A stretch of 64,000 nt of DNA, from assembly GCA_964016885.1 (NCBI GenBank), contig CAXHJY010000267.1, positions 15,676 to 79,675 of the forward strand, written 5' to 3'. Of the stretch, positions 1-15,600 are shown one piece after another (position 1 is the first letter of the stretch; each line of letters begins with the position of its first letter). Under the pieces are notes generated by a model that saw nothing but the letters and a program-made list of their open reading frames with translations, had not been told where the DNA came from and did not search any database. The position numbers were made by a program, and so were the translations under genes. This DNA is from Eledone cirrhosa (Eukaryota).

Positions 1-677
1 AAATACAGAGTAATGTAAATGTTATGTGAGGTAAAGCCTTTACTGTGAAAATACAATAGTATATATAGAGTAATGTAAATGTTATGTGAGGTATTATGTG
101 AGGTAAAGCCTTTACTATGAAAATACAATAGTATATATAGAGTAATGTAAATGTTATGTGAGATATTATGTGAGGTAAAGCCTTTACTGTGAAAATACAA
201 TAGTATATATAGAGTAATGTAAATGTTATGTGAGATATTATGTGAGGTAAAGCCTTTACTGTGAAAATACAATAGTATATATAGAGTAATGTAAATGTTA
301 TGTGAGGTAAAGCCTTTACTGTGAAAATACAATAGTATATATAGAGTAATGTAAATGTTATGTGAGATATTATGTGAGGTAAAGCCTTTACTGTGAAAAT
401 ACAATAGTATATATAGAGTAATGTAAATGTTATGTGAGATATTATGTGAGGTAAAGCCTTTACTGTGAAAATACAATAGTATATATAGAGTAATGTAAAT
501 GTTATGTGAGATATTATGTGAGGTAAAGCCTTTACTGTGAAAATACAATAGTATATATAGAGTAATGTAAATGTTATGTGAGATATTATGTGAGGTAAAG
601 CCTTTACTGTGAAAATACAATAGTATATATAGAGTAATATAAATGTTATGTGAGGTAAAGCCTTTACTGTGAAAATA
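1..677. repeat. Tandem array, 72-bp unit with a 60-bp deletion variant
   Basis: Unit GAAAATACAATAGTATATATAGAGTAATGTAAATGTTATGTGAG(ATATTATGTGAG)GTAAAGCCTTTACTGT, about 10 copies, running off the window start. Confidence 0.95.
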
Positions 678-3600
678 CCAGGTGAGGGTTTATATGTCCT
701 ATAGTACCGCCTACAGCTAGATAAACCCTGGTCAATACCAGGTGAGGGTTGTATATGTCCTATAGTATCTCCTACAGCTAGATAAACCCTGGTCACTACC
801 AGATGAGGGGGTGTATATGTCCTATAGTATCTCCTACAGCTAGATAAACCCTGGTCACTACCAGGTGAGAGGGTGTATATGTCCTATAGTACCTCCTACA
901 GCTAGATAAACCCTGGTCAATACCAGGTGAGGGGGTGTATATGTCCGATAGTACCAGGTTAGGGGGTGTATATGTCCTATAGGATCTCCTACAGCTAGAT
1001 AAACCCTGGTCAATACCAGGTAAGGGGGTGTATATGTCCTATAGTATCTCCTACAGCTAGATAAACCCTGGTCAATACCAGGTAAGGGGGTGTATATGTC
1101 CTATAGTACCTCCTACAGCTAGATAAACCCTGGTCAATACCAGGTAAGGGGGTGTATATGTCCTATAGTATCTCCTACAGCTAGATAAACCCTGGTCAAT
1201 ACCAGGTAAGAGGGTGTATATGTCCTATAGTACCTCCTACAGCTAGATAAACCCTGGTCAATACCGGGTAAGGGGGTGTATATGTCCTATAGGATCTCCT
1301 ACAGCTAGATAAACCCGAGTCAATACCAGGTGAGTGGTGTATATGTCCTATAGTATCTCCTACAGCTAGATAAACCCTGGTCACTACCAGGTGAGAGGGT
1401 GTATATGTCCTATAGTATCTCCTACAGCTAGATAAATCCTGGTCAAAACCAGGTAACAGGGTGTATATGTCCTATAGTACCTCCTACAGCTAGATAAACC
1501 CTGGTCAATACCAGGTGAGAGGGTGTATATGTCCTATAGTACCTCCTACAGCTAGATAAACCCTGGTCAATACCAGGTGAGGCGGGTGTACATGTCCTAT
1601 AGTATCTCCTACAGCTAGATAAACCCTGGTCAATACCAGGTGAGAGGGTGTATATGTCCTATAGTACCTCCTACAGCTAGATAAACCCTGGTAAATACCA
1701 GGTGAGGGGTGTATATGTCCTATAGTACCTCCTACAGCTAGATAAACCCTGGTCAATACCAGGTGAGAGGGTGTATATGTCCGATAGTACCAGGTTAAGG
1801 GGTGTATATGTCCTATAGGATCTCCTACAGCTAGATAAACCCGAGTCAATACCAGGTGAGTGGTGTATATGTCCTATAGTATCTCCTACAGCTAGATAAA
1901 TCCTCGTCAATACCAGGTGAGGGTGTATATGTCCTATAGTATCTCCTACAGCTAGATAAATCCTGGTCAATACCAGGTGAGGGTGTATATGTCCTATAGT
2001 ATCTCCTACAGCTAGATAAACCCTCGTCAATACCAGGTGAGGGTGTATATGTCCTATAGTATCTCCTACAGCTAGATAAATCCTGGTCAATACCAGGTGA
2101 GAGGGTGTATATGTCCTATAGTACCTCTTACAGCTAGATAAACCCTGGTCAATACCAGGTGAGAGGGTGTATATGTCCTATAGTACCTCTTACAGCTAGA
2201 TAAACCCTGGTCAATACCAGGTGAGAGGGTGTATATGTCCTATAGGATCTCCTACAGCTAGATAAACCCTGGTCAATACCAGGTGAGGGGGTGTATATGT
2301 CCTATAGTATCTCCTACAGCTAGATAAACCCTGGTCAATACCTGGTGAGGGGGTGTATATGTCCTATAGTATCTCCTACAGCTAGATAAACCCTGGTCAA
2401 TACCAGGTGAGAGGGTGTATATGTCCTATAGTATCTCCTACAGCTAGATAAACCCTGGTCAATACCAGGTGAGGGGGTGTATATGTCCTATAGTATCTCC
2501 TACAGCTAGATAAACCCTGGTCAATACCAGGTGAGAGGGTGTATATGTCCTATAGTATCTCCTACAGCTAGATAAACCCTGGTCAATACCAGGTTAGGGG
2601 GTGTATATGTCCTATAGTACCTCCTACAGCTAGATAAACCCTGGTCAATACCAGCTTAGGGTGTATATGTCCGATAGTACCAGGTTAGGGGGTGTATATG
2701 TCCTATAGGATCTCCTACAGCTAGATAAACCCTAGTCAATACCAGGTGAGAGGGTGTATATGTCCTATAGTACCTCCTACAGCTAGATAAACCCGAGTCA
2801 ATACCAGGTGAGTGGTGTATATGTCCTATAGTATCTCCTACAGCTAGATAAACCCTGGTCACTACCAGGTGAGAGGGTGTATATGTCCTATAGTATCTCC
2901 TACAGCTAGATAAACCCTGGTCACTACCAGGTGAGAGGGTGTATATGTCCTATAGTATCTCCTACAGCTAGATAAACCCTGGTCACTACCAGGTGAGAGG
3001 GTGTATATGTCCTATAGTACCTCCTACAGTTAGATAAATCCTGGTCAATACCAGGTGAGAGGGTGTATATGTCCTATAGTACCTCCTACAGCTAGATAAA
3101 CCCTGGTCAATACCAGGTGAGAGGGTGTATATGTCCTATAGTACCTCTTACAGCTAGATAGACCCTGGTCAATACCAGGTGAGGGGGTGTATATGTCCTA
3201 TAGTACCTCCTACAGCTAGATAAACCCTGGTCAATACCAGGTGAGAGGGTGTATATGTCCTATAGTACCTCCTACAGCTAGATAGACCCTGGTCAATACC
3301 AGGTGAGGGGGTGTATATGTCCTATAGTACATCTTACAGCTAGATAAACCCTGGTCAATACCAGGTGAGAGGGTGTATATGTCCTATAGTACCTCTTACA
3401 GCTAGATAAAGCCTGGTCAATACCAGGTGAGAGGGTGTATATGTCCTATAGTATCTCCTACAGCTAGATAAATCCTGGTCAATACCAGGTGAGAGGGTGT
3501 ATATGTCCTATAGTACCTCCTACAGCTAGATAAACCCTGGTCAATACCAGGTGAGGGGGTGTATATGTCCTATAGTACCTCCTACAGCTAGATAAACCCT

Positions 3601-6600
3601 GGTCAATACCAGGTGAGGGGGTGTATATGTCCTATAGTACCTCCTACAGCTAGATAAACCCTGGTCAATACCAGGTTAGGGTGTATATGTCCTATAGTAC
3701 CAGGTTAGGGTGTATATGTCCTATAGTACCAGGTTAGGGGGTGTATATGTCATATAGGATCTCCTACAGCTAAATAAACCCTGGTCAATACCAGGTGAGA
3801 GGTGTATATGTCCTATAGTATCTCCTACAGTTAGATAAACCCTGGTCAATACCAGGTGAGAGGGTGTATATGTCCTATAGTATCTCCTACAGCTAGATAA
3901 ACCCTGGTCAATACCAGGTGAGGGTGTGTATATGTCCTATAGTACCTCCTATAGCTAGTTAAACCCTGGTCAATACCAGGTGAGGGGGTGTATATGTCCT
4001 ATAGGATCTCCTACAGCTAGATAAATCCTGGTCAATACCAGGTGAGAGGGTGTATATGTCCTATAGGATCTCCTACAGCTAGATAAACCCTGGTCAATAC
4101 CAGGTGAGGGTGTGTATATGTCCTATAGTACCTCCTACAGCTAGATAAACCCTGGTCAATACCAGGTGAGGGGGTGTATATGTCCTATAGTATCTCCTAC
4201 AGCTAGATAAACCCTGGTCAATACCAGGTTAGGGGATATATGTCCTATAGTATCTCCTACAGTTAGATAAACCCTGGTCAATACCAGATGAGAGGGGTAT
4301 GTGTCCTATAGTATCTCCTACAGCTAGATAAACCCTGGTCAATACCAGGTTAGGGGGTATATGTCCTATAGTATCTCCTACAGTTAGATAAACCCTGGTC
4401 AATACCAGGTGAGAGGGGCTATATGTCCTATAGTATCTCCTACAGCTAGATAAACCCTGGTCAATACCAGGTGAGAGGGTGTATATGTCCTATAGTATCT
4501 CCTACAGTTAGATAAACCCTGGTCAATACCAGATGAGAGGGTGTATATGTCCTATAGTACCTCCTACAGCTAGATAAACCCTGGTCAATACCAGGTGAGA
4601 GGGTGTATATGTCCTATAGTATCTCCTACAGTTAGATAAACCCTGGTCAATACCAGGTGAGAGGGTGTATATGTCCTATAGTATCTCCTACAGCTAGATA
4701 AACCATGGTCAATACCAGGTGAGGGGCTGTATATGTCCTATAGTATCTCCTACAGTTAGATAAACCCTGGTCAATACCAGGTAAGGGGGTGTATATGTCC
4801 TATAGTATCTCCTACAGCTAGATAAACCCTGGTCAATACCAGGTGAGAGGGTGTATATGTCCTATAGTACCTCCTACAGCTAGATAAACCCTGGTCAATA
4901 CCAGATGAGAGGGTGTATATGTCCTATAGTACCTCCTACAGCTAGATAAACCCTGGTCAATACCAGGTGAGGGGGTGTATATGTCCTATAGTATCTCCTA
5001 CAGCTAGATAAACCCTGGTCAATACCAGGTGAGAGGGTGTATATGTCCTATAGTACCTCCTACAGCTAGATAAACCCTGGTCAATACCAGGTGAGAGGGT
5101 GTATATGTCCTATAGTATCTCCTACAGTTAGATAAACCCTGGTCAATACCAGGTGAGAGGGTGTATATGTCCTATAGTACCTCCTACAGCTAGATAAACC
5201 CTGGTCAATACCAGGTGAGAGGGTGTATATGTCCTATAGTATCTCCTACAGTTAGATAAACCCTGGTCAATACCAGGTGAGAGGGTGTATATGTCCTATA
5301 GTATCTCCTACAGCTAGATAAACCCTGGTCAATACCAGGTGAGAGGGTGTATATGTCCTATAGTACCTCCTACAGCTAGATAAACCCTGGTCAATACCAG
5401 GTGAGAGGGTGTATATGTCCTATAGTATCTCCTACAGTTAGATAAACCCTGGTCAATACCAGGTGAGGGGGTGTATATGTCCTATAGTATCTCCTACAGT
5501 TAGATAAACCCTGGTCAATACCAGGTGAGGGGGTGTATATGTCCTATAGTATCTCCTACAGCTAGATAAACCCTGGTCAATACCAGGTGAGAGGGTGTAT
5601 ATGTCCTATAGTATCTCCTACAGCTAGATAAACCCTGGTCAATACCAGGTGAGAGGGTGTATATGTCCTATAGTATCTCCTACAGTTAGATAAACCCTGG
5701 TCAATACCAGGTGAGAGGGTGTATATGTCCTATAGTATCTCCTACAGCTAGATAAACCCTGGTCAATACCAGGTGAGAGGGTGTATATGTCCTATAGTAC
5801 CTCCTACAGCTAGATAAACCCTGGTCAATACCAGGTTAGGGTGTATATGTCCTATAGTATCTCCTACAGCTAGATAAACCCTGGTCAATACCAGGTGAGA
5901 GGGTGTATATGTCCTATAGTATCACCTACAGCTAGATAAACCCTGGTCAATACCAGGTGAGGGTGTATGTCCTATAGTACCTCCTACAGCTAGATAAACC
6001 CTGGTCAATACCAGGTGAGAGGGTGTATATGTCCTATAGTACCTCTTACAGCTAGATAAACCCTGGTCAATACCAGGTGAGGGGGTGTATATGTCCTATA
6101 GTACCAGGTTAGGGGGTGTATATGTCCTATAGTACCTCATACAGCTAGATAAACCCTGGTCAATACCAGGTTAGGGGGTATATGTCCTATAGTACCTCCT
6201 ACAGCTAGATAAATCCTGGTCAATACCAGGTGAGGGGTGTATATGTCCTATAGTACCTCCTACAGCTAGATAAATCCTGGTCAATACCAGGTGAGGGGTG
6301 TATATGTCCTATAGTACCTCCTACAGCTAGATAAATCCTGGTCAATACCAGGTGAGGGGTGTATATGTCCTATAGTATCTCCTACAGCTAGATAAACCCT
6401 GGTCAATACCAGGTTAGGGTGTATATGTCCTATAGTACCTCCTACAGCTAGATAAACCCTGGTCAATACCAGGTGAGAGGGTGTATATGTCCTATAGTAC
6501 CTCCTACAGCTAGATAAACCCTGGTCAATACCAGGTTAGGGTGTATATGTCCTATAGTATCTCCTACAGCTAAATAAACCCTGGTCAATACCAGGTGAGG

Positions 6601-9600
6601 GGGTGTATATGTCCGATAGTACCAGGTTAAGGGGTGTATATGTCCTATAGTACCTCCTACAGCTAGATAAACCCTGGTCAATACCAGGTGAGAGGGTGTA
6701 CATGTCCTATAGTACCTCCTACAGCTAGATAAACCCTGGTCAATACCAGGTGAGAGGGTGTATATGTCCTATAGTATCTCCTACAGTTAGATAAACCCTG
6801 GTCAATACCAGGTGAGAGGGTGTATATGTCCTATAGTACCTCCTACAGCTAGATAAACCCTGGTCAATACCAGGTGAGAGGGTGTATATGTCCTATAGTA
6901 TCTCCTACAGTTAGATAAACCCTGGTCAATACCAGGTGAGAGGGTGTATATGTCCTATAGTATCTCCTACAGCTAGATAAACCCTGGTCAATACCAGGTG
7001 AGAGGGTGTATATGTCCTATAGTACCTCCTACAGCTAGATAAACCCTGGTCAATACCAGGTGAGAGGGTGTATATGTCCTATAGTATCTCCTACAGTTAG
7101 ATAAACCCTGGTCAATACCAGGTGAGGGGGTGTATATGTCCTATAGTATCTCCTACAGTTAGATAAACCCTGGTCAATACCAGGTGAGGGGGTGTATATG
7201 TCCTATAGTATCTCCTACAGCTAGATAAACCCTGGTCAATACCAGGTGAGAGGGTGTATATGTCCTATAGTATCTCCTACAGCTAGATAAACCCTGGTCA
7301 ATACCAGGTGAGAGGGTGTATATGTCCTATAGTATCTCCTACAGTTAGATAAACCCTGGTCAATACCAGGTGAGAGGGTGTATATGTCCTATAGTATCTC
7401 CTACAGCTAGATAAACCCTGGTCAATACCAGGTGAGAGGGTGTATATGTCCTATAGTACCTCCTACAGCTAGATAAACCCTGGTCAATACCAGGTTAGGG
7501 TGTATATGTCCTATAGTATCTCCTACAGCTAGATAAACCCTGGTCAATACCAGGTGAGAGGGTGTATATGTCCTATAGTATCACCTACAGCTAGATAAAC
7601 CCTGGTCAATACCAGGTGAGGGTGTATGTCCTATAGTACCTCCTACAGCTAGATAAACCCTGGTCAATACCAGGTGAGAGGGTGTATATGTCCTATAGTA
7701 CCTCCTACAGCTAGATAAACCCTGGTCAATACCAGGTGAGGGGGTGTATATGTCCTATAGTACCAGGTTAGGGGGTGTATATGTCCTATAGTACCTCATA
7801 CAGCTAGATAAACCCTGGTCAATACCAGGTTAGGGGGTATATGTCCTATAGTACCTCCTACAGCTAGATAAATCCTGGTCAATACCAGGTGAGGGGTGTA
7901 TATGTCCTATAGTACCTCCTACAGCTAGATAAATCCTGGTCAATACCAGGTGAGGGGTGTATATGTCCTATAGTACCTCCTACAGCTAGATAAATCCTGG
8001 TCAATACCAGGTGAGGGGTGTATATGTCCTATAGTATCTCCTACAGCTAGATAAACCCTGGTCAATACCAGGTTAGGGTGTATATGTCCTATAGTACCTC
8101 CTACAGCTAGATAAACCCTGGTCAATACCAGGTGAGAGGGTGTATATGTCCTATAGTACCTCCTACAGCTAGATAAACCCTGGTCAATACCAGGTTAGGG
8201 TGTATATGTCCTATAGTATCTCCTACAGCTAAATAAACCCTGGTCAATACCAGGTGAGGGGGTGTATATGTCCGATAGTACCAGGTTAAGGGGTGTATAT
8301 GTCCTATAGTACCTCCTACAGCTAGATAAACCCTGGTCAATACCAGGTGAGAGGGTGTACATGTCCTATAGTACCTCCTACAGCTACATAAACCCTGGTC
8401 ACTACCAGGTGAGAGGGTGTATATGTCCTATAGTACCTCCTACAGCTAGATAAATCCTGGTCAAAACCAGGTAAGAGGGTGTATATGTCCTATAATACCT
8501 CCTACAGCTAGATAAACCCTGGTCAATACCAGGTGAGGGGGTGTATATGTCCTATAGTATCTCCTACAGCTAGATAAACCCTGGTCAATACCAGGTGAGA
8601 GGGTGTATATGTCCTATAGTATCTCCTACAGCTAGATAAACCCTGGTCAATACCAGGTGAGAGGGTGTATATGTCCTATAGTACCTCCTACAGCTAGATA
8701 AACCCGAGTCAATACCAGGTGAGTGGTGTATATGTCCTATAGTATCTCCTACAGCTAGATAAACCCTGGTCACTACCAGGTGAGAGGGTGTATATGTCCT
8801 ATAGTATCTCCTACAGCTAGATAAACCCTGGTCAATACCAGGTGAGGGGTGTATATGTCCTATAGTACCTCCTACAGCTAGATAAACCCTGGTCAATACC
8901 AGGTGAGGGGTGTATATGTCCTATAGTACCTCCTACAGCTAGATAAACCCTGGTAAATACCAGGTGAGGGGTGTATATGTCCTATAGTACCTCCTACAGC
9001 TAGATAAACCCTGGTCAATACCAGGTGAGAGGGTGTATATGTCCGATAGTACCAGGTTAAGGGGTGTATATGTCCTATAGGATCTCCTACAGCTAGATAA
9101 ACCCGAGTCAATACCAGGTGAGTGGTGTATATGTCCTATAGTATCTCCTACAGCTAGATAAACCCTGGTCAATACCAGGTGAGGGTGTATATGTCCTATA
9201 GTATCTCCTACAGCTAGATAAATCCTGGTCAATACCAGGTGAGAGGGTGTATATGTCCTATAGTACCTCCTACAGCTAGATAAACCCTGGTCAATACCAG
9301 GTGAGGGTGTATATGTCCTATAGTATCTCCTACAGCTAGATAAACCCTGGTCAATACCAGGTGAGAGGGTGTATATGTCCTATAGTACCTCTTACAGCTA
9401 GATAGACCCTGGTCAATACCAGGTGAGGGGGTGTATATGTCCTATAGTACCTCCTACAGCTAGATAAACCCTGGTCAATACCAGGTGAGAGGGTGTATAT
9501 GTCCTATAGTACCTCCTACAGCTAGATAAACCCTGGTCAATACCAGCTTAGGGTGTATATGTCCTATAGTACCTCCTACAGCTAGATAAACCCTGGTCAA

Positions 9601-12600
9601 TACCAGCTTAGGGTGTATATGTCCGATAGTACCAGGTTAGGGTGTATATGTCCTATAGGATCTCCTACAGCTAGATAAACCCGAGTCAATACCAGGTGAG
9701 TGGTGTATATGTCCTATAGTACCTCCTACAGCTAGATAAACCCTGGTCAATGCCAGGTTAGGGGGTGTATATGTCCTATAGTACCTCCTACAGCTAGATA
9801 AACCCGAGTCAATACCAGGTGAGTGGTGTATATGTCCTATAGGATCTCCTACAGCTAGATAAACCCTGGTCAATACCAGGTGAGAGGGTGTATATGTCCT
9901 ATAGTATCTCCTACAGCTAGATAAACCCTGGTCAATACCAGGTGAGGGGGTGTATATGTCCTATAGTACCTCCTACAGCTAGATAAACCTTGGTTAATAC
10001 CAGGTTAGAGGGTGTATATGTCCTATAGTACCTCCTACAGCTAGATAAACCCTGGTCAATACCAGGTGAGGGTGTATATGTCCTATAGTATCTCCTACAG
10101 CTAGATAAATCCTGGTCAATACCAGGTGAGAGGGTGTATATGTCCTATAGTACCTCTTACAGCTAGATAAACCCTGGTCAATACCAGGTGAGAGGGGGTA
10201 TATGTCCTATAGTACCTCTTACAGCTAGATAAACCCTGGTCAATACCAGGTGAGAGGGTGTATATGTCCTATAGTACCTCTTACAGCTAGATAAACCCTG
10301 GTCAATACCAGGTGAGAGGGTGTATATGTCCTATAGTACCTCCTACAGCTAGATAAACCCTGGTCAATACCAGGTGAGGGTGTATATGTCCTATAGTACC
10401 TCTTACAGCTAGATAGACCCTGGTCAATACCAGGTGAGAGGGTGTATATGTCCTATAGTATCTCCTACAGCTAGATAGACCCTGGTCAATACCAGGTGAG
10501 AGGGTGTATATGTCCTATAGTACCTCCTACAGCTAGATAAACCCTGGTCAATACCAGGTGAGAGGGTGTATATGTCCTATAGTACCTCCTACAGCTAGAT
10601 AGACTCTGGTCAATACCAGGTGAGGGGGTGTATATGTCCTATAGTACATCTTACAGCTAGATAAACCCTGGTCAATACCAGGTGAGAGGGTGTATATGTC
10701 CTATAGTACCTCTTACAGCTAGATAAAGCCTGGTCAATACCAGGTGAGAGGGTGTATATGTCCTATAGTATCTCCTACAGCTAGATAAATCCTGGTCAAT
10801 ACCAGGTGAGAGGGTGTATATGTCCTATAGTACCTCCTACAGCTAGATAAACCCTGGTCAATACCAGGTGAGGGGGTGTATATGTCCTATAGTACCTCCT
10901 ACAGCTAGATAAACCCTGGTCAATACCAGGTGAGGGGGTGTACATGTCCTATAGTATCTCCTACAGCTAGATAAATCCTGGTCAATACCAGGTGAGGGGG
11001 TGTATATGTCCTATAGTACCTCCTACAGCTAGATAAACCCTGGTCAATACCAGGTGAGAGGGTGTATATGTCCTATAGTATCTCCTACAGCTAGATAGAC
11101 CCTGGTCAATACCAGGTGAGGGGGTGTATATGTCCTATAGTATCTCCTACAGCTAGATAAATCCTGGTCAATACCAGGTGAGGGTTGTATATGTCCTATA
11201 GTACCTCCTACAGCTAGATAAACCCTGGTCAATACCAGGTGAGGGTGTATATGTCCTATAGTATCTCCTACAGCTAGATAAATCCTGGTCAATACCAGGT
11301 GAGAGGGTGTATATGTCCTATAGTACCTCTTACAGCTAGATAAACCCTGGTCAATACCAGGTGAGAGGGTGTATATGTCCTATAGTACCTCTTACAGCTA
11401 GATAGACCCTGGTCAATACCAGGTGAGGGGGTGTATATGTCCTATAGTACCTCCTAGAGCTAGATAAAGCCTGGTCAATACCAGGTGAGAGGGTGTATAT
11501 GTCCTATAGTATCTCCTACAGCTAGATAAACCCTGGTCAATACCAGGTGAGAGGGTGTATATGTCCTATAGTATCTCCTACAGCTAGATAAATCCTGGTC
11601 AATACCAGGTGAGAGGGTGTATATGTCCTATAGTACCTCCTACAGCTAGATAAACCCTGGTCAATACCAGGTGAGGGGGTGTATATGTCCTATAGTACCT
11701 CCTACAGCTAGATAAACCCTGGTCAATACCAGATGAGGGGGTGTATATGTCCTATAGTATCTCCTACAGCTAGATAAATCCTGGTCAATACCAGGTGAGG
11801 GGTGTATATGTCCTATAGTACCTCCTACAGCTAGATAAACCCTGGTAAATACCAGGTGAGAGGGTGTATATGTCCTATAGTACCTCATACAGCTAGATAA
11901 AGCCTGGTCAATACCAGGTGAGAGGGTGTATATGTCAATACCAGCTTAGGGTGTATATGTCCTATAGTACCTCCTACAGCTAGATAAACCCTGGTCAATA
12001 CCAGCTTAGGGTGTATATGTCCGATAGTACCAGGTTAGGGTGTATATGTCCTATAGGATCTCCTACAGCTAGATAAACCCGAGTCAATACCAGGTGAGTG
12101 GTGTATATGTCCTATAGTACCTCCTACAGCTAGATAAACCCTGGTCAATGCCAGGTTAGGGGGTGTATATGTCCTATAGTACCTCCTACAGCTAGATAAA
12201 CCCGAGTCAATACCAGGTGAGTGGTGTATATGTCCTATAGGATCTCCTACAGCTAGATAAACCCTGGTCAATACCAGGTGAGAGGGTGTATATGTCCTAT
12301 AGTATCTCCTACAGCTAGATAAACCCTGGTCAATACCAGGTGAGGGGGTGTATATGTCCTATAGTACCTCCTACAGCTAGATAAACCTTGGTTAATACCA
12401 GGTTAGAGGGTGTATATGTCCTATAGTACCTCCTACAGCTAGATAAACCCTGGTCAATACCAGGTGAGGGTGTATATGTCCTATAGTATCTCCTACAGCT
12501 AGATAAATCCTGGTCAATACCAGGTGAGAGGGTGTATATGTCCTATAGTACCTCTTACAGCTAGATAAACCCTGGTCAATACCAGGTGAGAGGGGGTATA

Positions 12601-15600
12601 TGTCCTATAGTACCTCTTACAGCTAGATAAACCCTGGTCAATACCAGGTGAGAGGGTGTATATGTCCTATAGTACCTCTTACAGCTAGATAAACCCTGGT
12701 CAATACCAGGTGAGAGGGTGTATATGTCCTATAGTACCTCCTACAGCTAGATAAACCCTGGTCAATACCAGGTGAGGGTGTATATGTCCTATAGTACCTC
12801 TTACAGCTAGATAGACCCTGGTCAATACCAGGTGAGAGGGTGTATATGTCCTATAGTATCTCCTACAGCTAGATAGACCCTGGTCAATACCAGGTGAGAG
12901 GGTGTATATGTCCTATAGTACCTCCTACAGCTAGATAAACCCTGGTCAATACCAGGTGAGAGGGTGTATATGTCCTATAGTACCTCCTACAGCTAGATAG
13001 ACTCTGGTCAATACCAGGTGAGGGGGTGTATATGTCCTATAGTACATCTTACAGCTAGATAAACCCTGGTCAATACCAGGTGAGAGGGTGTATATGTCCT
13101 ATAGTACCTCTTACAGCTAGATAAAGCCTGGTCAATACCAGGTGAGAGGGTGTATATGTCCTATAGTATCTCCTACAGCTAGATAAATCCTGGTCAATAC
13201 CAGGTGAGAGGGTGTATATGTCCTATAGTACCTCCTACAGCTAGATAAACCCTGGTCAATACCAGGTGAGGGGGTGTATATGTCCTATAGTACCTCCTAC
13301 AGCTAGATAAACCCTGGTCAATACCAGGTGAGGGGGTGTACATGTCCTATAGTATCTCCTACAGCTAGATAAATCCTGGTCAATACCAGGTGAGGGGGTG
13401 TATATGTCCTATAGTACCTCCTACAGCTAGATAAACCCTGGTCAATACCAGGTGAGAGGGTGTATATGTCCTATAGTATCTCCTACAGCTAGATAGACCC
13501 TGGTCAATACCAGGTGAGGGGGTGTATATGTCCTATAGTATCTCCTACAGCTAGATAAATCCTGGTCAATACCAGGTGAGGGTTGTATATGTCCTATAGT
13601 ACCTCCTACAGCTAGATAAACCCTGGTCAATACCAGGTGAGGGTGTATATGTCCTATAGTATCTCCTACAGCTAGATAAATCCTGGTCAATACCAGGTGA
13701 GAGGGTGTATATGTCCTATAGTACCTCTTACAGCTAGATAAACCCTGGTCAATACCAGGTGAGAGGGTGTATATGTCCTATAGTACCTCTTACAGCTAGA
13801 TAGACCCTGGTCAATACCAGGTGAGGGGGTGTATATGTCCTATAGTACCTCCTACAGCTAGATAAAGCCTGGTCAATACCAGGTGAGAGGGTGTATATGT
13901 CCTATAGTATCTCCTACAGCTAGATAAACCCTGGTCAATACCAGGTGAGAGGGTGTATATGTCCTATAGTATCTCCTACAGCTAGATAAATCCTGGTCAA
14001 TACCAGGTGAGAGGGTGTATATGTCCTATAGTACCTCCTACAGCTAGATAAACCCTGGTCAATACCAGGTGAGGGGGTGTATATGTCCTATAGTACCTCC
14101 TACAGCTAGATAAACCCTGGTCAATACCAGATGAGGGGGTGTATATGTCCTATAGTATCTCCTACAGCTAGATAAATCCTGGTCAATACCAGGTGAGGGG
14201 TGTATATGTCCTATAGTACCTCCTACAGCTAGATAAACCCTGGTAAATACCAGGTGAGAGGGTGTATATGTCCTATAGTACCTCATACAGCTAGATAAAG
14301 CCTGGTCAATACCAGGTGAGAGGGTGTATATGTCCTATAGTATCTCCTACAGCTAGATAAATCCTGGTCAATACCAGGTGAGAGGGTGTATATGTCCTAT
14401 AGTACCTCCTACAGCTAGATAAACCCTGGTAAATACCAGGTGAGAGGGTGTATATGTCCTATAGTACCTCCTACAGCTAGATAAACCCTGGTCAATACCA
14501 GGTGAGGGGGTGTATATGTCCTATAGTACCTCCTACAGCTAGATAAACCCTGGTCAATACCAGGTGAGGGGGTGTACATGTCCTATAGTATCTCCTACAG
14601 CTAGATAAATCCTGGTCAATACCAGGTGAGGGGGTGTATATGTCCTATAGTACCTCCTACAGCTAGATAAACCCTGGTCAATACCAGGTGAGAGGGTGTA
14701 TATGTCCTATAGTATCTCCTACAGCTAGATAGACCCTGGTCAATACCAGGTGAGGGGGTGTATATGTCCTATAGTACATCTTACAGCTAGATAAACCCTG
14801 GTCAATACCAGGTGAGAGGGTGTATATGTCCTATAGTATCTCCTACAGCTAGATAAACCCTGGTCAATACCAGGTGAGGGGTGTATATGTCCTATAGTAC
14901 CTCCTACAGCTAGATAAACCCTGGTAAATACCAGGTGAGAGGGTGTATATGTCCTATAGTACCTCCTACAGCTAGATAAACCCTGGTCAATACCAGGTGA
15001 GGGGGTGTATATGTCCTATAGTACCTCCTACAGCTAGATAAACCCTGGTCAATACCAGGTGAGGGGGTGTACATGTCCTATAGTATCTCCTACAGCTAGA
15101 TAAATCCTGGTCAATACCAGGTGAGGGGGTGTATATGTCCTATAGTACCTCCTACAGCTAGATAAACCCTGGTCAATACCAGGTGAGAGGGTGTATATGT
15201 CCTATAGTATCTCCTACAGCTAGATAGACCCTGGTCAATACCAGGTGAGGGGGTGTATATGTCCTATAGTACATCTTACAGCTAGATAAACCCTGGTCAA
15301 TACCAGGTGAGAGGGTGTATATGTCCTATAGTATCTCCTACAGCTAGATAAACCCTGGTCAATACCAGGTGAGGGGTCTATATGTCCTATAGTACCTCCT
15401 ACAGCTAGATAAACCCTGGTCAATACCAGGTGAGGGGTGTATATGTCCTATAGTACCTCCTACAGCTAGATAAACCCTGGTAAATACCAGGTGAGGGGTG
15501 TATATGTCCTATAGTACCTCCTACAGCTAGATAAACCCTGGTCAATACCAGGTGAGAGGGTGTATATGTCCGATAGTACCAGGTTAAGGGGTGTATATGT